Shown: positions 37,939-48,289 of the stretch, piece by piece
Layout: every line of letters starts with the position of its first letter
Position numbering within the stretch: position 1 is the first letter of the stretch
Assembly: GCA_034188985.1 (NCBI GenBank)
Contig: JAXHVT010000023.1
Coordinates: 62,005-126,004, forward strand
Source: Actinomycetota bacterium
GTDB taxonomy: Bacteria; Actinomycetota; Geothermincolia; Geothermincolales; RBG-13-55-18
Direction: 5' to 3'
Length of the DNA: 64,000 bases
Position numbers and translations under genes: made by a program
Notes under the pieces: generated by a model
Database searches by the model: none
Told to the model about the DNA's origin: nothing
The model's input: only the letters and a program-made list of their open reading frames with translations

Positions 37939-40599
37939 ATGCTCAAAGCACTGGGCAAAGTCCTGCGCATGGGGGAGCGCAAGCGGCTGGAACAATTTAT
38001 GGAGATGGCCCAGGTCGTAAACGACCTGGAACCGGAGGTCAAGAAGCTAGGCGACCAGGAGCTCAAGGCCAAGACGGATGAGTTCAGGTCGAGGCTGGAT
38101 AAGGGCCAATCGCAGGACGACATCCTTCCCGAGGCATACGCGGTGGTAAGGGAGGCGGCGGTCCGAACCCTGGGGCAGAGGCACTTCGACGTCCAGGTCG
38201 TGGGGGGCATAGTCCTGCACCAGGGCAAGATAGCGGAGATGAAGACCGGGGAGGGTAAGACCCTGGTTTCCACGCTTCCCGCCTACCTCGACGCCCTGCA
38301 GGGGAAGGGCGTACATATAGTAACCGTAAACGATTACCTGGCCCGACGCGATAGCGAGTGGATGGGAACCATCTACAGGTTTCTGGGTCTGGAGGTGGGG
38401 CTTATACAGGCCCAGATGCCCAAGGATATCAGGAAAGTGGCCTACGGGGCGGATATCACCTACGGTACCAACAACGAGTTCGGTTTCGATTACCTCCGCG
38501 ACAACCTGGAGGCGAATCCCGAGCGCATGGTACAGCGCGGTCACAATTACGCCATCGTGGACGAGGTCGACTCCATCCTGATAGACGAGGCCAGAACCCC
38601 GCTCATAATATCCGGTGCCTCGGAGGAATCCGCCCGCCTCTACCGCCAGTTCTCGGGGGTGGCCCCGCGCCTGAAGGAAGGCCAGGACTACGAGGTGGAG
38701 GAGAAATCCCGCACCGTGGCCGTGACCGAGGAGGGCATCCGCAAGGTGGAGGGTATCCTGGGGCTGGATAACCTCTACGATCACGTCAACACGCCCCTGG
38801 TTCATCACCTGCAGAACGCCCTCAAGGCCAAGGAGCTCTACCGGCGTGACGTGGATTACGTGGTCAAGGAAGGGCAGGTGGTCATCGTGGACGAGTTCAC
38901 CGGCCGCCTCATGCCGGGCCGCAGGTGGAGCGATGGCCTGCACCAGTCCGTGGAGGCCAAAGAGAACCTCAAGGTCAGGCAGGAGAACCAGACCCTGGCT
39001 ACTATCACCCTGCAGAACTACTTCCGTATGTACGACAAGCTGGCCGGCATGACCGGCACGGCGGCCACGGAGGCGGGCGAGTTCGAGGAGATATACGACC
39101 TGGAGGTGGTGGTTATCCCCACCAACGAGCCCATGATACGCGAGGACAACAACGACGTCATCTACAAGAACGAGGAGGCCAAGTTCAACTCCGTGGTGGA
39201 GGATATCGCATCCTGCTACGAGAGGGGCCAGCCGGTCCTGGTGGGAACCATATCCATCGAGAAGTCGGAGATCCTCTCGGATATGCTCAAGAAGAGAGGC
39301 ATCAAGCACCAGGTCCTCAACGCCAAGCAACACGCCAGGGAGGCGGAGATAGTGGCCCAGGCCGGGCGCCTGGGAACGGTTACCATAGCGACCAACATGG
39401 CCGGACGGGGTACGGATATCATGCTCGGGGGCAACCCAGAGAAGATGGCCCGTAAAACAATCACCGGCAGGTTTATAGACAGCGAGGAGGAATGGGAGGG
39501 CATCCTCGAGGAGGTAGGCGAGGAGGAGTGGAACCAGGTTTACCGGGAGACACTCGGTGAATGCGAGGAGGAGAAGAGCAAGGTAATCGAGTTGGGGGGC
39601 CTGTACGTTCTGGGCACGGAACGCCACGAGGCCAGGCGCATCGACAACCAGTTGCGGGGCCGTTCCGGCCGGCAGGGGGATCCCGGGTCCTCACGATTTT
39701 ACCTGTCCTTGGAGGACGACCTGATGAGGGTCTTCGCCGCTAGCGCCGTATCCTCCCTGATGGAGAGGTTCCGTTTTCCCGAGGACGTCCCCATCGAGAA
39801 CAAGATGGTTACCAAGGCCATAGAGACGTCGCAGAAGAACGTGGAGGCCAACAACTTCGAGACAAGGAAGAACCTTCTCAAGTACGACGATGTCATGAAC
39901 ACTCAGCGAGAGGTTATCTACGAGGAGAGGGATAAGATACTGCTGGGTCAGGATCTCCAAGCCCAGGTGGAGGAGATCATACCCGACGTGATAGAGGACG
40001 TCCTGATGAGGTATATCGATCCCCAGGCGGATCCCTCGGACTGGGATCTCGAGGGCCTCTTTCTGTACATAAAAGGGCTATTCCCGGCCAGCTTCGATAT
40101 CGGGGATATCGACATGGAGGTGGTGAGCCCGGAGGGTCTCAAGGAAGCCCTGGTGGAAGACGCTACGGAGGCTTATTCCAGGAGGGAGGAGGAGTTCGCC
40201 GAATCCGGCGAGGACATAAGGGACCTGGAGCGGCTGGTAATGCTCAGGGTCGTCGACAACCGCTGGAGGGATCACCTCTACGATATGGATCATCTCCGGG
40301 ACTCCGTAGGCCTGCGTTCCATGGCTGGTCGCGACCCGCTTATCGAGTACCAGAACGAGGCCTTCAGTACCTTCCAGGAGCTCACCTTCAACATCCAGGA
40401 GGAGTTCCTACGCTACATGTATCACGTCAAGGTGGTCAAGGCGGAGGAGCGACCATCCCTCCACCTGGTGGAGGAAGGTATAGGGGGAGAGAAGAAGAAG
40501 AAGCCCGCGCAGGCCCGCTCCCAGAAGGTGGGGAGAAACGCTCCATGCCCCTGTGGGAGCGGAAAGAAGTACAAGCACTGCTGCGGCAAGAGCGTTTGA
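37939..40599 (+). CDS. secA: Preprotein translocase ATPase SecA
   Basis: 886 aa. N-terminus [37 protein letters not shown]..., Walker [10 protein letters not shown]-terminal zinc finger [14 protein letters not shown]. Confidence 0.95.
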   Translation: MLKALGKVLRMGERKRLEQFMEMAQVVNDLEPEVKKLGDQELKAKTDEFRSRLDKGQSQDDILPEAYAVVREAAVRTLGQRHFDVQVVGGIVLHQGKIAEMKTGEGKTLVSTLPAYLDALQGKGVHIVTVNDYLARRDSEWMGTIYRFLGLEVGLIQAQMPKDIRKVAYGADITYGTNNEFGFDYLRDNLEANPERMVQRGHNYAIVDEVDSILIDEARTPLIISGASEESARLYRQFSGVAPRLKEGQDYEVEEKSRTVAVTEEGIRKVEGILGLDNLYDHVNTPLVHHLQNALKAKELYRRDVDYVVKEGQVVIVDEFTGRLMPGRRWSDGLHQSVEAKENLKVRQENQTLATITLQNYFRMYDKLAGMTGTAATEAGEFEEIYDLEVVVIPTNEPMIREDNNDVIYKNEEAKFNSVVEDIASCYERGQPVLVGTISIEKSEILSDMLKKRGIKHQVLNAKQHAREAEIVAQAGRLGTVTIATNMAGRGTDIMLGGNPEKMARKTITGRFIDSEEEWEGILEEVGEEEWNQVYRETLGECEEEKSKVIELGGLYVLGTERHEARRIDNQLRGRSGRQGDPGSSRFYLSLEDDLMRVFAASAVSSLMERFRFPEDVPIENKMVTKAIETSQKNVEANNFETRKNLLKYDDVMNTQREVIYEERDKILLGQDLQAQVEEIIPDVIEDVLMRYIDPQADPSDWDLEGLFLYIKGLFPASFDIGDIDMEVVSPEGLKEALVEDATEAYSRREEEFAESGEDIRDLERLVMLRVVDNRWRDHLYDMDHLRDSVGLRSMAGRDPLIEYQNEAFSTFQELTFNIQEEFLRYMYHVKVVKAEERPSLHLVEEGIGGEKKKKPAQARSQKVGRNAPCPCGSGKKYKHCCGKSV

Positions 40600-40698
40600 T
40601 TATCATGGGAAGACGCCGCCGGTCTCCGGGGCTTACCGGAGGCGGCACAGCTGGATTGTGAGATCGGATAGGGACTTGGATAATGCGAGGTTGATAGG

Positions 40699-41803
40699 AT
40701 GCTTGGCGATCATGTAAGCGAACTGGAGGGGTTGGCCGGCAGGCTCGTGAAGATAAAGGAGTATCTTTGACATAGAAGGTAAAAGGAGCCGGGTGGCCGA
40801 GCTCGAGAAACAGAGCGCCAGGCCCGATCTCTGGGATGACCAGGAGAATGCCCGGCGCCTGTTGGGGGAGCTCTCCAATACCAAGGAACTGGTGGATAGC
40901 TGGGAGAGGCTATCGGGGGACAGCGGGGAGTTGGGCGAGTTGATCCAGTTGGCAAGGGAGGAGGATGACTCCAGCCTCAGCGAAGAGATAATCCAGGGCG
41001 TGGAAAGGCTGCGACGTGAGGTGAATCGGCTGGAGGAGGAGAGTCTCCTGGGCGGAGAGCTTGACTCCCACGACGCCATCGTCAGCATCCATCCTGGAGC
41101 GGGTGGGCTGGAATCCCAGGACTGGGCTGAGATCATGCTGCGGATGTACCTGCGTTGGGCGGAGTCGAGGGGGTTCAAGGTGGATCTCAACGACGTGCAG
41201 CCCGGGGATGGAGGCGGGATTAAGAGTGCCACCTTTACCATTCATGGCCACAACGCATACGGTCTTTTCATGTCTGAGAAAGGCGTTCACCGCCTGGTGC
41301 GCATCTCCCCCTTCGACGCCTCGCATCGCCGCCACACCTCCTTCGCCTCACTGGACGTGATCCCCATGCTGCAGGAGACGGGCGAGATCGAAATAGACCC
41401 CAAGGATCTCCGCGTGGAGACCTACAGGTCGAGCGGGGCCGGGGGGCAGCACGTTAACGTCACCGATTCGGCCGTGCGCATCACCCACGAACCCACGGGC
41501 ATTGTCGTTTCCTGCCAGAACGAGCGTTCTCAGATATCCAATCGTCAGACGGCCATGCGCATATTGGAGGCACGGCTGGCTGAGCGGGTGCGGCAGGAGC
41601 GGGAAAAGAGGATAGAGAAGCTGCGGGGCGAGAGGAAGGATATCGGCTTCGGGAGCCAGATACGCTCCTACGTACTCCATCCCTATCGCATGGCCAAGGA
41701 CCACCGAACCGATCTGGAGATAGGCAACGCGGACGCCGTGCTGGACGGCGACCTGGACGACCTCGTCGACTCCTACCTGCGCTGGAAGGCCACCCCCGAC
41801 TAA
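40699..41803 (+). CDS. prfB: Peptide chain release factor 2, programmed +1 frameshift at CTT TGA C (40765-40771)
   Basis: Frame 0 runs ATG 40699...AAGGAG TAT CTT TGA (40768-40770). The +1 frame continues GAC ATA GAA GGT... into the RF2 body. GGQ appears as SSGAGGQHVNVTDSAVRITH. ORF track only reports 40793-41803. Confidence 0.9.
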
Positions 41804-41817
41804 GATGAGGCCAGGCG

Positions 41818-41836
41818 CTTACATCGGACATTTTCA
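41818..41836. repeat. Dispersed repeat family, partial copy B1 (CTTACATCGGACATTTTC)
   Basis: Matches the 3' arm of copies A and D. Confidence 0.4.
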
Positions 41837-41925
41837 TATCGAAAGCGTGGGAAAACACCCGTCCTCGAGCCTGAGGGGCACCAAAGGACAGCGGCGCCAT
41901 CGCAACCGTTTTTACTCTGGACCTG

Positions 41926-41966
41926 CAAAATGTCAGATGTGAGTGACCCCGTCTTCTGAGGTTTTT
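41926..41966. repeat. Dispersed repeat family, copy B2 (inverted orientation)
   Basis: Its reverse complement, aaaaacctcagaagacggggtcactcacatctgacattttg, aligns with copy D. Confidence 0.5.
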
Positions 41967-42007
41967 GGGTGCAGGTGTTAGTATAATAGGCGCTTTGAAA
42001 GGAGAAG

Positions 42008-42763
42008 GTGACGGTGAACGAAAAGCGTGGCTACGACATCAAGGTGGATCTGCACGTTCATACCATTTCAAGCGGGCACGCCTATTCCACGGTGGAGGAG
42101 TGTGTGCGAAGCGCCTCGGAGAAGGGGCTGGAGGCTATCGCCATCTCCGATCACGGGCCGGCTATACCCGGATCCGGCAACCTTTATCATTTCCGGAACA
42201 TGAAGGTGTTGCCGCGTTGCTGGCATGGCATATGGGTATTGCGTTCAGTCGAGGCAAACATACTGGATACGGAGGGAAACCTGGACCTGCCGGACAAGGT
42301 CCTCAACAGCCTGGACGTGGTTCAGGCCGGCCTTCATCCCTATACCGGATACCAGGGTGAGAGCCGGGAGGAGAATACGGAGGCCCTTATAGGCGCCCTG
42401 TCACATCCTCTGGTGGATGTCATCGCACACCCCGACAATCCCAACTATCCCGTGGACATGGAGAGAGTGGTGGAGGCGGCGGTCGGTGAGGGCAAGGCAC
42501 TGGAGATAAACAACAGCTCCTTTGTATATACCCGCGACGGCAGTGAGGAGATATGCTTGGAGATGGCTCGGGAAATAAAGCGAAAAGGAGGGTACGTAAC
42601 GGTGGGAAGCGACGCTCATGTGGCCACTTTTGCAGGAGAATTTTCGCGGGCGGTAGAAATATTACTCGAAACTGACATAGCTCCTCATAGCGTGATAAAC
42701 TACTCCATCGGGAGGCTGGCGGATTTTCTGCGGTCAAGGGGCAGGGAGCTTATCCTGGAGTGA
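42008..42763 (+). CDS. PHP-domain phosphoesterase (YcdX/histidinol-phosphatase family)
   Basis: VDLHVHTISSGHAYSTVEE...ISDHGP...DVIAHP...GSDAHV metal-binding motifs. GTG start. A TATAAT -10 sits at 41982-41987. Confidence 0.7.
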   Translation: MTVNEKRGYDIKVDLHVHTISSGHAYSTVEECVRSASEKGLEAIAISDHGPAIPGSGNLYHFRNMKVLPRCWHGIWVLRSVEANILDTEGNLDLPDKVLNSLDVVQAGLHPYTGYQGESREENTEALIGALSHPLVDVIAHPDNPNYPVDMERVVEAAVGEGKALEINNSSFVYTRDGSEEICLEMAREIKRKGGYVTVGSDAHVATFAGEFSRAVEILLETDIAPHSVINYSIGRLADFLRSRGRELILE

Positions 42764-42797
42764 GGGAGAGAGGTAGCGAAGAGGGAAGGAAGTCGAT

Positions 42798-43670
42798 ATG
42801 AGCGTCGATACGAGAGGATCGGAAGGTGTCGGTTTGAGGGAAGGCGAAGCGAGGGAGATGCAGGGCAAGCTGGAATCTGTTTCCAGAGATATCCGTTGGG
42901 ATATAGTCCGCATGATAGGGCTAGCTGGAAGCGGGCATCCCGGTGGCTCCCTCTCCTGCGTGGAGATACTCGTATCTCTCTATCTCTATAAGATGAACCA
43001 CAACCCCAAGAAGCCGGACTGGCGCCTTCGCGACCGTTTCGTACTCTCCAAGGGACATGCGGCTCCCGCCCTCTACGCCGTGCTGGCCAGGTGCGGATAT
43101 TTCGATCGCGAGGAGCTGTGGAAATTGAGACAGCTCGGTTCCATCCTGCAGGGTCACCCGGACAGGATCGGCACACCGGGGGTGGAGATATCTACGGGAT
43201 CCCTGGGACAGGGGCTCTCCGCCGCCTGCGGCATGGCCCTGGGATTGCGCATGGAGGATATGACCTCGATGGTCTATGCGCTGGTCGGCGACGGAGAGAG
43301 CCAGGAGGGGAATATCTGGGAGGCGGCCATGCTGTCGGCCCACCATTGTCTGGACAACCTGGTGGTGATCACCGATCGTAACAACATGCAGATCGACGGC
43401 AGGTGCTGCGAGGTGGTCAGCATGGATGGATTGGCCGACAGGTGGAGTTCCTTCGGCTGGGATGTCCAGGAGGTGGACGGCCATGACGTTCTGGCGCTCT
43501 GCGACGCGCTGGACCGCGCCGGTGGGACTCCGGACCAGCCGAGCATGATAATAGCCGATACCGTGAAGGGAAAAGGCGTTTCCTTCATGGAAAATGTCCT
43601 GGAGTTCCACGGCAAGGCTCCCACCCTCGAGCAGATGGAAGAGGCTCTGAAGGAGATCGAGCGCTCTTGA
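42798..43670 (+). CDS. Transketolase, N-terminal subunit
   Basis: GSGHPGGSLS...GHAAPALYA...GSLGQGL...GDGESQEGNIWEA thiamine-diphosphate-binding motifs. Split-gene form. Confidence 0.85.
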   Translation: MSVDTRGSEGVGLREGEAREMQGKLESVSRDIRWDIVRMIGLAGSGHPGGSLSCVEILVSLYLYKMNHNPKKPDWRLRDRFVLSKGHAAPALYAVLARCGYFDREELWKLRQLGSILQGHPDRIGTPGVEISTGSLGQGLSAACGMALGLRMEDMTSMVYALVGDGESQEGNIWEAAMLSAHHCLDNLVVITDRNNMQIDGRCCEVVSMDGLADRWSSFGWDVQEVDGHDVLALCDALDRAGGTPDQPSMIIADTVKGKGVSFMENVLEFHGKAPTLEQMEEALKEIERS

Positions 43671-44614
43671 TACCCGATAGAGGCAGTAAACACACCCGCG
43701 AGGGATACGCGGAGGCTCTCCTGGAGCTGGGAGAAAAGGATCCCCGTATAGTGGTGCTCGATGCCGACCTGGCCAAGTCCACGAAGACCGAGAAATTCGC
43801 ACAACGTTTTCCCGAGCGCTTCGTGGACTGCGGCGTGGCCGAGCAGAACCTCATGACCACCGCCGCCGGATTGGCGGCCACCGACAAGATCGTTTTCGCC
43901 TCCACCTTCGCCATGTTCGCTACCGGGCGCGCCTACGACCAGGTACGCAACACTATCTCTTATTCGAGGCTCAACGTGAAGATATGTGCTACCCACGGCG
44001 GTATAACTGTGGGCGAGGACGGCTCGTCCCATCAGGCGCTGGAGGATGTAGCTCTGATGAGATTGATACCGGGCATGCAGGTGGTTGTTCCCGCGGACTA
44101 TATCGAGGCCCGCGAGGCGGTGAAGGCGGTGGCCTATATCGACGGGCCCTTCTATGTGCGGCTGGGTCGGCCGAGCGTGCCCGTTCTCTACGATGACGAT
44201 TACCGTTTCGACTTCGGAAGGGCCGTCAGCATGCGTTCCGGGAAGGACGTGAGCATCATGGCCTGCGGGCTGATGGTCTATAAAGCCCTGGTGGCGGCCG
44301 AACAGCTGGCGGACGAAGGTATAGAGGCCGAAGTCTTGAACGTGCATACCATCAAACCCCTGGACGAGCAAGGCCTGCTGGAATCGGTATCGATAACCGG
44401 AAGGGTGGTTACCTGCGAAGATCATACCGTTTTGGGGGGTTTGGGCGGGGCGGTGGCCGAGTTGCTGGGAGAGAGGATGCCCGCGCCCATGCGCCGAATA
44501 GGGATAAGGAATCATTTCGGCGTCTCCGGCAAGGCGGATGAGCTGGTGGAACATTTCGGCCTCAGCCCCCGTCACATCGCCGAGGCGGCACGTGACCTGT
44601 GCGAGTCGGGATAG
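43667..44614 (+). CDS. Transketolase, C-terminal subunit
   Basis: TTG start overlapping the upstream stop (TTGA). Pyrimidine-binding and C-terminal domains (...EDGSSHQALEDVALMRLIPGM...). Confidence 0.85.
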   Translation: MIPDRGSKHTREGYAEALLELGEKDPRIVVLDADLAKSTKTEKFAQRFPERFVDCGVAEQNLMTTAAGLAATDKIVFASTFAMFATGRAYDQVRNTISYSRLNVKICATHGGITVGEDGSSHQALEDVALMRLIPGMQVVVPADYIEAREAVKAVAYIDGPFYVRLGRPSVPVLYDDDYRFDFGRAVSMRSGKDVSIMACGLMVYKALVAAEQLADEGIEAEVLNVHTIKPLDEQGLLESVSITGRVVTCEDHTVLGGLGGAVAELLGERMPAPMRRIGIRNHFGVSGKADELVEHFGLSPRHIAEAARDLCESG

Positions 44615-44657
44615 GATCGAAAGAGCGGATCGAGAGAATACGAGGAGATGATGACGC

Positions 44658-45341
44658 GTGATCCGTATGAGAAGGGTCACCAAGGTATATAAGGGCAACG
44701 TATTCGCACTGGAGGACGTTACCCTGGACATCGAGAAAGGGGAGTTCGCCTTCCTGGTGGGACCCTCCGGCTCTGGAAAGACGACCTTCATAAAGCTTCT
44801 GATCAAGGAGGAGGAACCCACCCAGGGGCAGATATACATTGCGGATACCAATATCGGCCAGATGCGCAAGTGGAAGGTACCCTACCTGAGGCGTAAGATG
44901 GGAACGGTTTTCCAGGATTTCAAGCTGTTGCCCCACAAGACCGTATTCCAGAACGTGGGATACGCCATGGAGGTGACGGGGAAGAGCCGGCGCCTCATCG
45001 ACCAGCAGGTACCGGAGGTTCTCAAGCTGGTGGGACTGGGCCACAAGCTGGATTCCTTCCCGGACGAGCTCTCCGGCGGCGAGCAGCAGCGTGTGGCTAT
45101 AGCCAGGGCTTTCATCAACCGCCCTCCTATCCTACTGGCCGACGAGCCCACCGGGAACGTCGATCCCTCCCTGGCCGAGGGTATCGTGCGCCTGCTTGAG
45201 AAGATCAATTCCGGCGGCACCACGGTGATCATGGCCACCCATGACAAGCAGATAGTCAACGCCTTCCGCAAGCGGGTGATCGCCATGGAAAACGGGCGTA
45301 TAATCCGCGACCAGGACAGGGGCGTGTACGGATATGAATAG
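44658..45341 (+). CDS. ftsE: Cell-division ABC transporter ATP-binding protein FtsE
   Basis: GTG start. Walker A GPSGSGKTT, signature LSGGEQQRVAIARA, Walker B ILLADEPTGN. Confidence 0.9.
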   Translation: MIRMRRVTKVYKGNVFALEDVTLDIEKGEFAFLVGPSGSGKTTFIKLLIKEEEPTQGQIYIADTNIGQMRKWKVPYLRRKMGTVFQDFKLLPHKTVFQNVGYAMEVTGKSRRLIDQQVPEVLKLVGLGHKLDSFPDELSGGEQQRVAIARAFINRPPILLADEPTGNVDPSLAEGIVRLLEKINSGGTTVIMATHDKQIVNAFRKRVIAMENGRIIRDQDRGVYGYE

Positions 45342-46233
45342 CGTAAAGTACTTCACCTCCGAGACCTGGGCTTCCCTGCGCAAGAACATCATCCTGGCCG
45401 TGGCCGCCATAGCCGTGGTCTGCGTTTCCCTGGCCATCCTCGGGCTGGTGGTCATGGGATGGGACATGTTCAGCAACATGATAAAAAACGCCGAGCGCAA
45501 AGTGGGGGAGATCGACATATACCTGACGGACCTGACCATGGAGGAGGAACGCCAGGCCATACAGGATTTTATCATCTCCATACCGGAGGTTGATCCCAAC
45601 ACGGTGGTTTACAAGACCAAGGGAGAGGCGCTGGAGGAGTTCAAGGAGCGCTTCTCCGACCAGCCGGAGCTGTGGGAATACATACAGGAAAACCCCCTGC
45701 CCAACTCCTTCGAACTCATGACCAAGGACCCCAAGAACGTGGGCGTGGTAGTCAGCAAAATCGATGTCGAGTCGCCGTACAGGGAACGCATCGAGGATAT
45801 CCGTTCGGCCAGTTCGGCCATCGAGAAGCTGGAGAATATCTTCGACAAGTTTCGCCAGATAGGCATCGTGGCCGTGGTGGCGCTGGCCGTGGTGGCCATA
45901 CTGCTGGTGTCGGTAACCATACAGGTGGCCATCTTCGCCCGCCGCAGGGAGATCGGCATCATGAAACTGGTGGGCGCCACCAACTGGTTCATCCGCTGGC
46001 CTTTCCTCCTGGAGGGGGTTTTCGAGGGGCTGGTGGGTTCGCTGGTGGCCGTCCTGGTGGCGCTGGCCGTAAAGGTGTGGATCCTGGACAGGCTTGTCGA
46101 GAACCTGGCATTCTTAAGGCTGTCTTTCTCATCGGGCCTGCTCGCGGTGCTCATCCCCTGCATGCTGGTGGGGGGTATAGTTATCGGCGCGCTGGGCAGC
46201 GCCTACGCTCTGGGGCGTTTCCTGGAGGTGTGA
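45334..46233 (+). CDS. ftsX: Cell-division ABC transporter permease FtsX
   Basis: 4-TM FtsX topology with a large periplasmic loop. 8-nt overlap with ftsE. Confidence 0.85.
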   Translation: MNSVKYFTSETWASLRKNIILAVAAIAVVCVSLAILGLVVMGWDMFSNMIKNAERKVGEIDIYLTDLTMEEERQAIQDFIISIPEVDPNTVVYKTKGEALEEFKERFSDQPELWEYIQENPLPNSFELMTKDPKNVGVVVSKIDVESPYRERIEDIRSASSAIEKLENIFDKFRQIGIVAVVALAVVAILLVSVTIQVAIFARRREIGIMKLVGATNWFIRWPFLLEGVFEGLVGSLVAVLVALAVKVWILDRLVENLAFLRLSFSSGLLAVLIPCMLVGGIVIGALGSAYALGRFLEV

Positions 46234-46273
46234 TCCTCCTCATCAGGTACAATAGAACTGGCGAGATAATCCC

Positions 46274-47551
46274 ATGAGAGAAAAAATGACCCGCCGCGAG
46301 AGGAATATCCTCATCCTGGTGGTCGCCCTGTCCCTGATAGTGGTGGCCTCCTGTTTCGCCTTGCCCTATATCCTGCGATCCAGGGATTCCTCCACCTCTT
46401 CGTCGGGCGAATCGGGCCCGGAATCCGAAAACCTCGTGGAGCTGCTTGAGGGCAGCGAGGCCTACCGCGACGCGCGGGACATCGTGGAGAGAAATTACGT
46501 GGAGGAGGTGGACGGCGACGATCTTCTCGAGGCGGCGGAGAAGGGCATGCGCAGGATGGCCGAGGAGGGCTACGACGATGAGGAGCTGGTGGAAAGGGGC
46601 ATCGTGGCCATGATAGATTCCCTGGAGGATCCCTTCTCGTCCTACATGGACGCCAGGCAGGTGGAGATGCTGGATACCCAGCTCGCCGGGCATTTCTCGG
46701 GTATCGGGGTGGCCATGCAATCGGTGAAGAACGAGATCCGTGTGGTGGAGGTGCTCAAGAATACTCCGGCCGAGGAGGTCGGCCTGCAGGAGGGAGATAT
46801 CATCAGGGAGGTTGACGGTGCCGACGTGACGGATATGGCGCTGGACGAAGTGGTGATGCTTATCAGGGGCCCCGAGGGTACGACCGTGAACCTGGGGATC
46901 TTGAGGGCACCCTCCTCCAGCCTCGAGTATTACGATATCGTCAGGCGGGAGATAGAGCTGCCGGTCATAGAATACGAGATGAAGGAGGGAGACATAGGGT
47001 ACCTCAGGCTGACGGACTGGACCGAGGACGTTGATGCAAAGCTCACGGAGGTATTGAGGGAACTCAAGTCCCAGGGGGCCAAGGGCCTGGTGCTGGACCT
47101 GCGGGGAAACACGGGGGGCTATATGGATCCGGCCATCCGGGCGGCGGACCTCTTTCTGCACGGCGGCGTGATAGTGACCAGCAAAGGCCGCATCGGGGGC
47201 GCGTCCAACGAGTACGAGGTGGACGACGCGGTGGAGTGGGACCTGCCCGTCGTGCTCCTGGTGAACCGGGGCTCGGCCAGCTCGTCTGAGATCTTCTCCG
47301 CCGCCCTGCGCGATAACGACCGCTGCCTCCTGGTGGGCGAGACCACTTTCGGCAAAGGCTCTATCCAGAAGTTATACCGGCAGGATGACGGGACCGCACT
47401 GAAGCTGACCATCGCCCTCTACTACACTCCCTCGGGGATCAACATCACCGACGAGGGCATAGAGCCGGACGTGTTCGTCAAGAACCCAGTGGTGGGGGAT
47501 GAGGATCTGCAACTGCGGGAAGCCCTCGAGTTGGTCTCAACAGAGATTTGA
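46274..47551 (+). CDS. ctpA: Carboxyl-terminal processing protease (S41) with PDZ domain
   Basis: PDZ (GDIIREVDGADV), catalytic Ser context LVNRGSASSSEIFSAAL, and the Lys region. Confidence 0.85.
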   Translation: MREKMTRRERNILILVVALSLIVVASCFALPYILRSRDSSTSSSGESGPESENLVELLEGSEAYRDARDIVERNYVEEVDGDDLLEAAEKGMRRMAEEGYDDEELVERGIVAMIDSLEDPFSSYMDARQVEMLDTQLAGHFSGIGVAMQSVKNEIRVVEVLKNTPAEEVGLQEGDIIREVDGADVTDMALDEVVMLIRGPEGTTVNLGILRAPSSSLEYYDIVRREIELPVIEYEMKEGDIGYLRLTDWTEDVDAKLTEVLRELKSQGAKGLVLDLRGNTGGYMDPAIRAADLFLHGGVIVTSKGRIGGASNEYEVDDAVEWDLPVVLLVNRGSASSSEIFSAALRDNDRCLLVGETTFGKGSIQKLYRQDDGTALKLTIALYYTPSGINITDEGIEPDVFVKNPVVGDEDLQLREALELVSTEI

Positions 47552-47555
47552 TCGC

Positions 47556-47768
47556 TCAGTTGGAGGGCGGGGATTCCACGGCTACATTCAGTATAAACTG
47601 GAACTCCGTCAGCTCCCTTTCCCTTACCGAGCCCCTCTGTTCCGCCACCTGGAAGAAATGCACCTTGTCATCCGATGCGACATTTCCTCCGCCGCGCCCC
47701 TCACCGCCTCGGAATAACCTATGGGCGATGTGTCGGATACCTCCCTGAATACGAGCATTTTCACCCTC
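47556..47768 (-). pseudogene. Dodecin-family flavin-binding protein, disrupted by a 1-nt frameshift
   Basis: Minus-strand ATG at 47768 with SD GGAGGGTG. Frame 1 gives MLVFREVSDTSPIGYSEAVRGAAEEMSHRM, then stops. The +1 frame continues DKVHFFQVAEQRGSVRERELTEFQFILNVAVESPPSN*. Junction at ATGAC, inferred ancestral ATGGAC, near 47655. Confidence 0.5.
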
Positions 47769-48289
47769 CTTTTCTTCTCCCTGTTCGGATACTCACCCGC
47801 GAAGGCGGTGAAAAGGTTGCCGTCGCGAGTGAGCGCCGTTGAGGACCGGCCGCTCGAAGAGCCGGTCTACGATATTGTTCCCTCTTGATCGCGATGAAAA
47901 CCAGTTGGCCCATCCACCGCGAATACGGGCATGCCGGTGCTGGTGATGCAGCGCCCCTGCGAAGAGCTGGTTGAAATCCAGGCGTCATGTAAGGGGCGAA
48001 AGAGGGGTTAGCAGACGGTCGGGATTATCGTATTCGAACTGCAATAGGATAGAATTGCCGTAAGACTTGACGCGGTGAGCATGAACGAGATAGCCTTACG
48101 GCTTATGGCGCGCAGGACCCCGTGGCAGCCCGAGTAGCGATGGAACGTCGCGGGGGTGCGCCGTCCGTTGAAATCCTCGTGGGCGGCGGGGGTCCGTCGG
48201 GCTGGAGAGAAGTTCCGGGGCGACTCGAGGACGTTGGGGTAGAGAGAGCGGAACGCAATCAGGAGGTAATGGGGTTGACCGGAGGCTGC

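Noticed and set aside
36843-39627. 476-aa and 526-aa minus-strand ORFs
   Set aside because: Antisense to the HD-domain gene and secA.
43274-44869. 531-aa minus-strand ORF
   Set aside because: Antisense to the transketolase subunits and ftsE.
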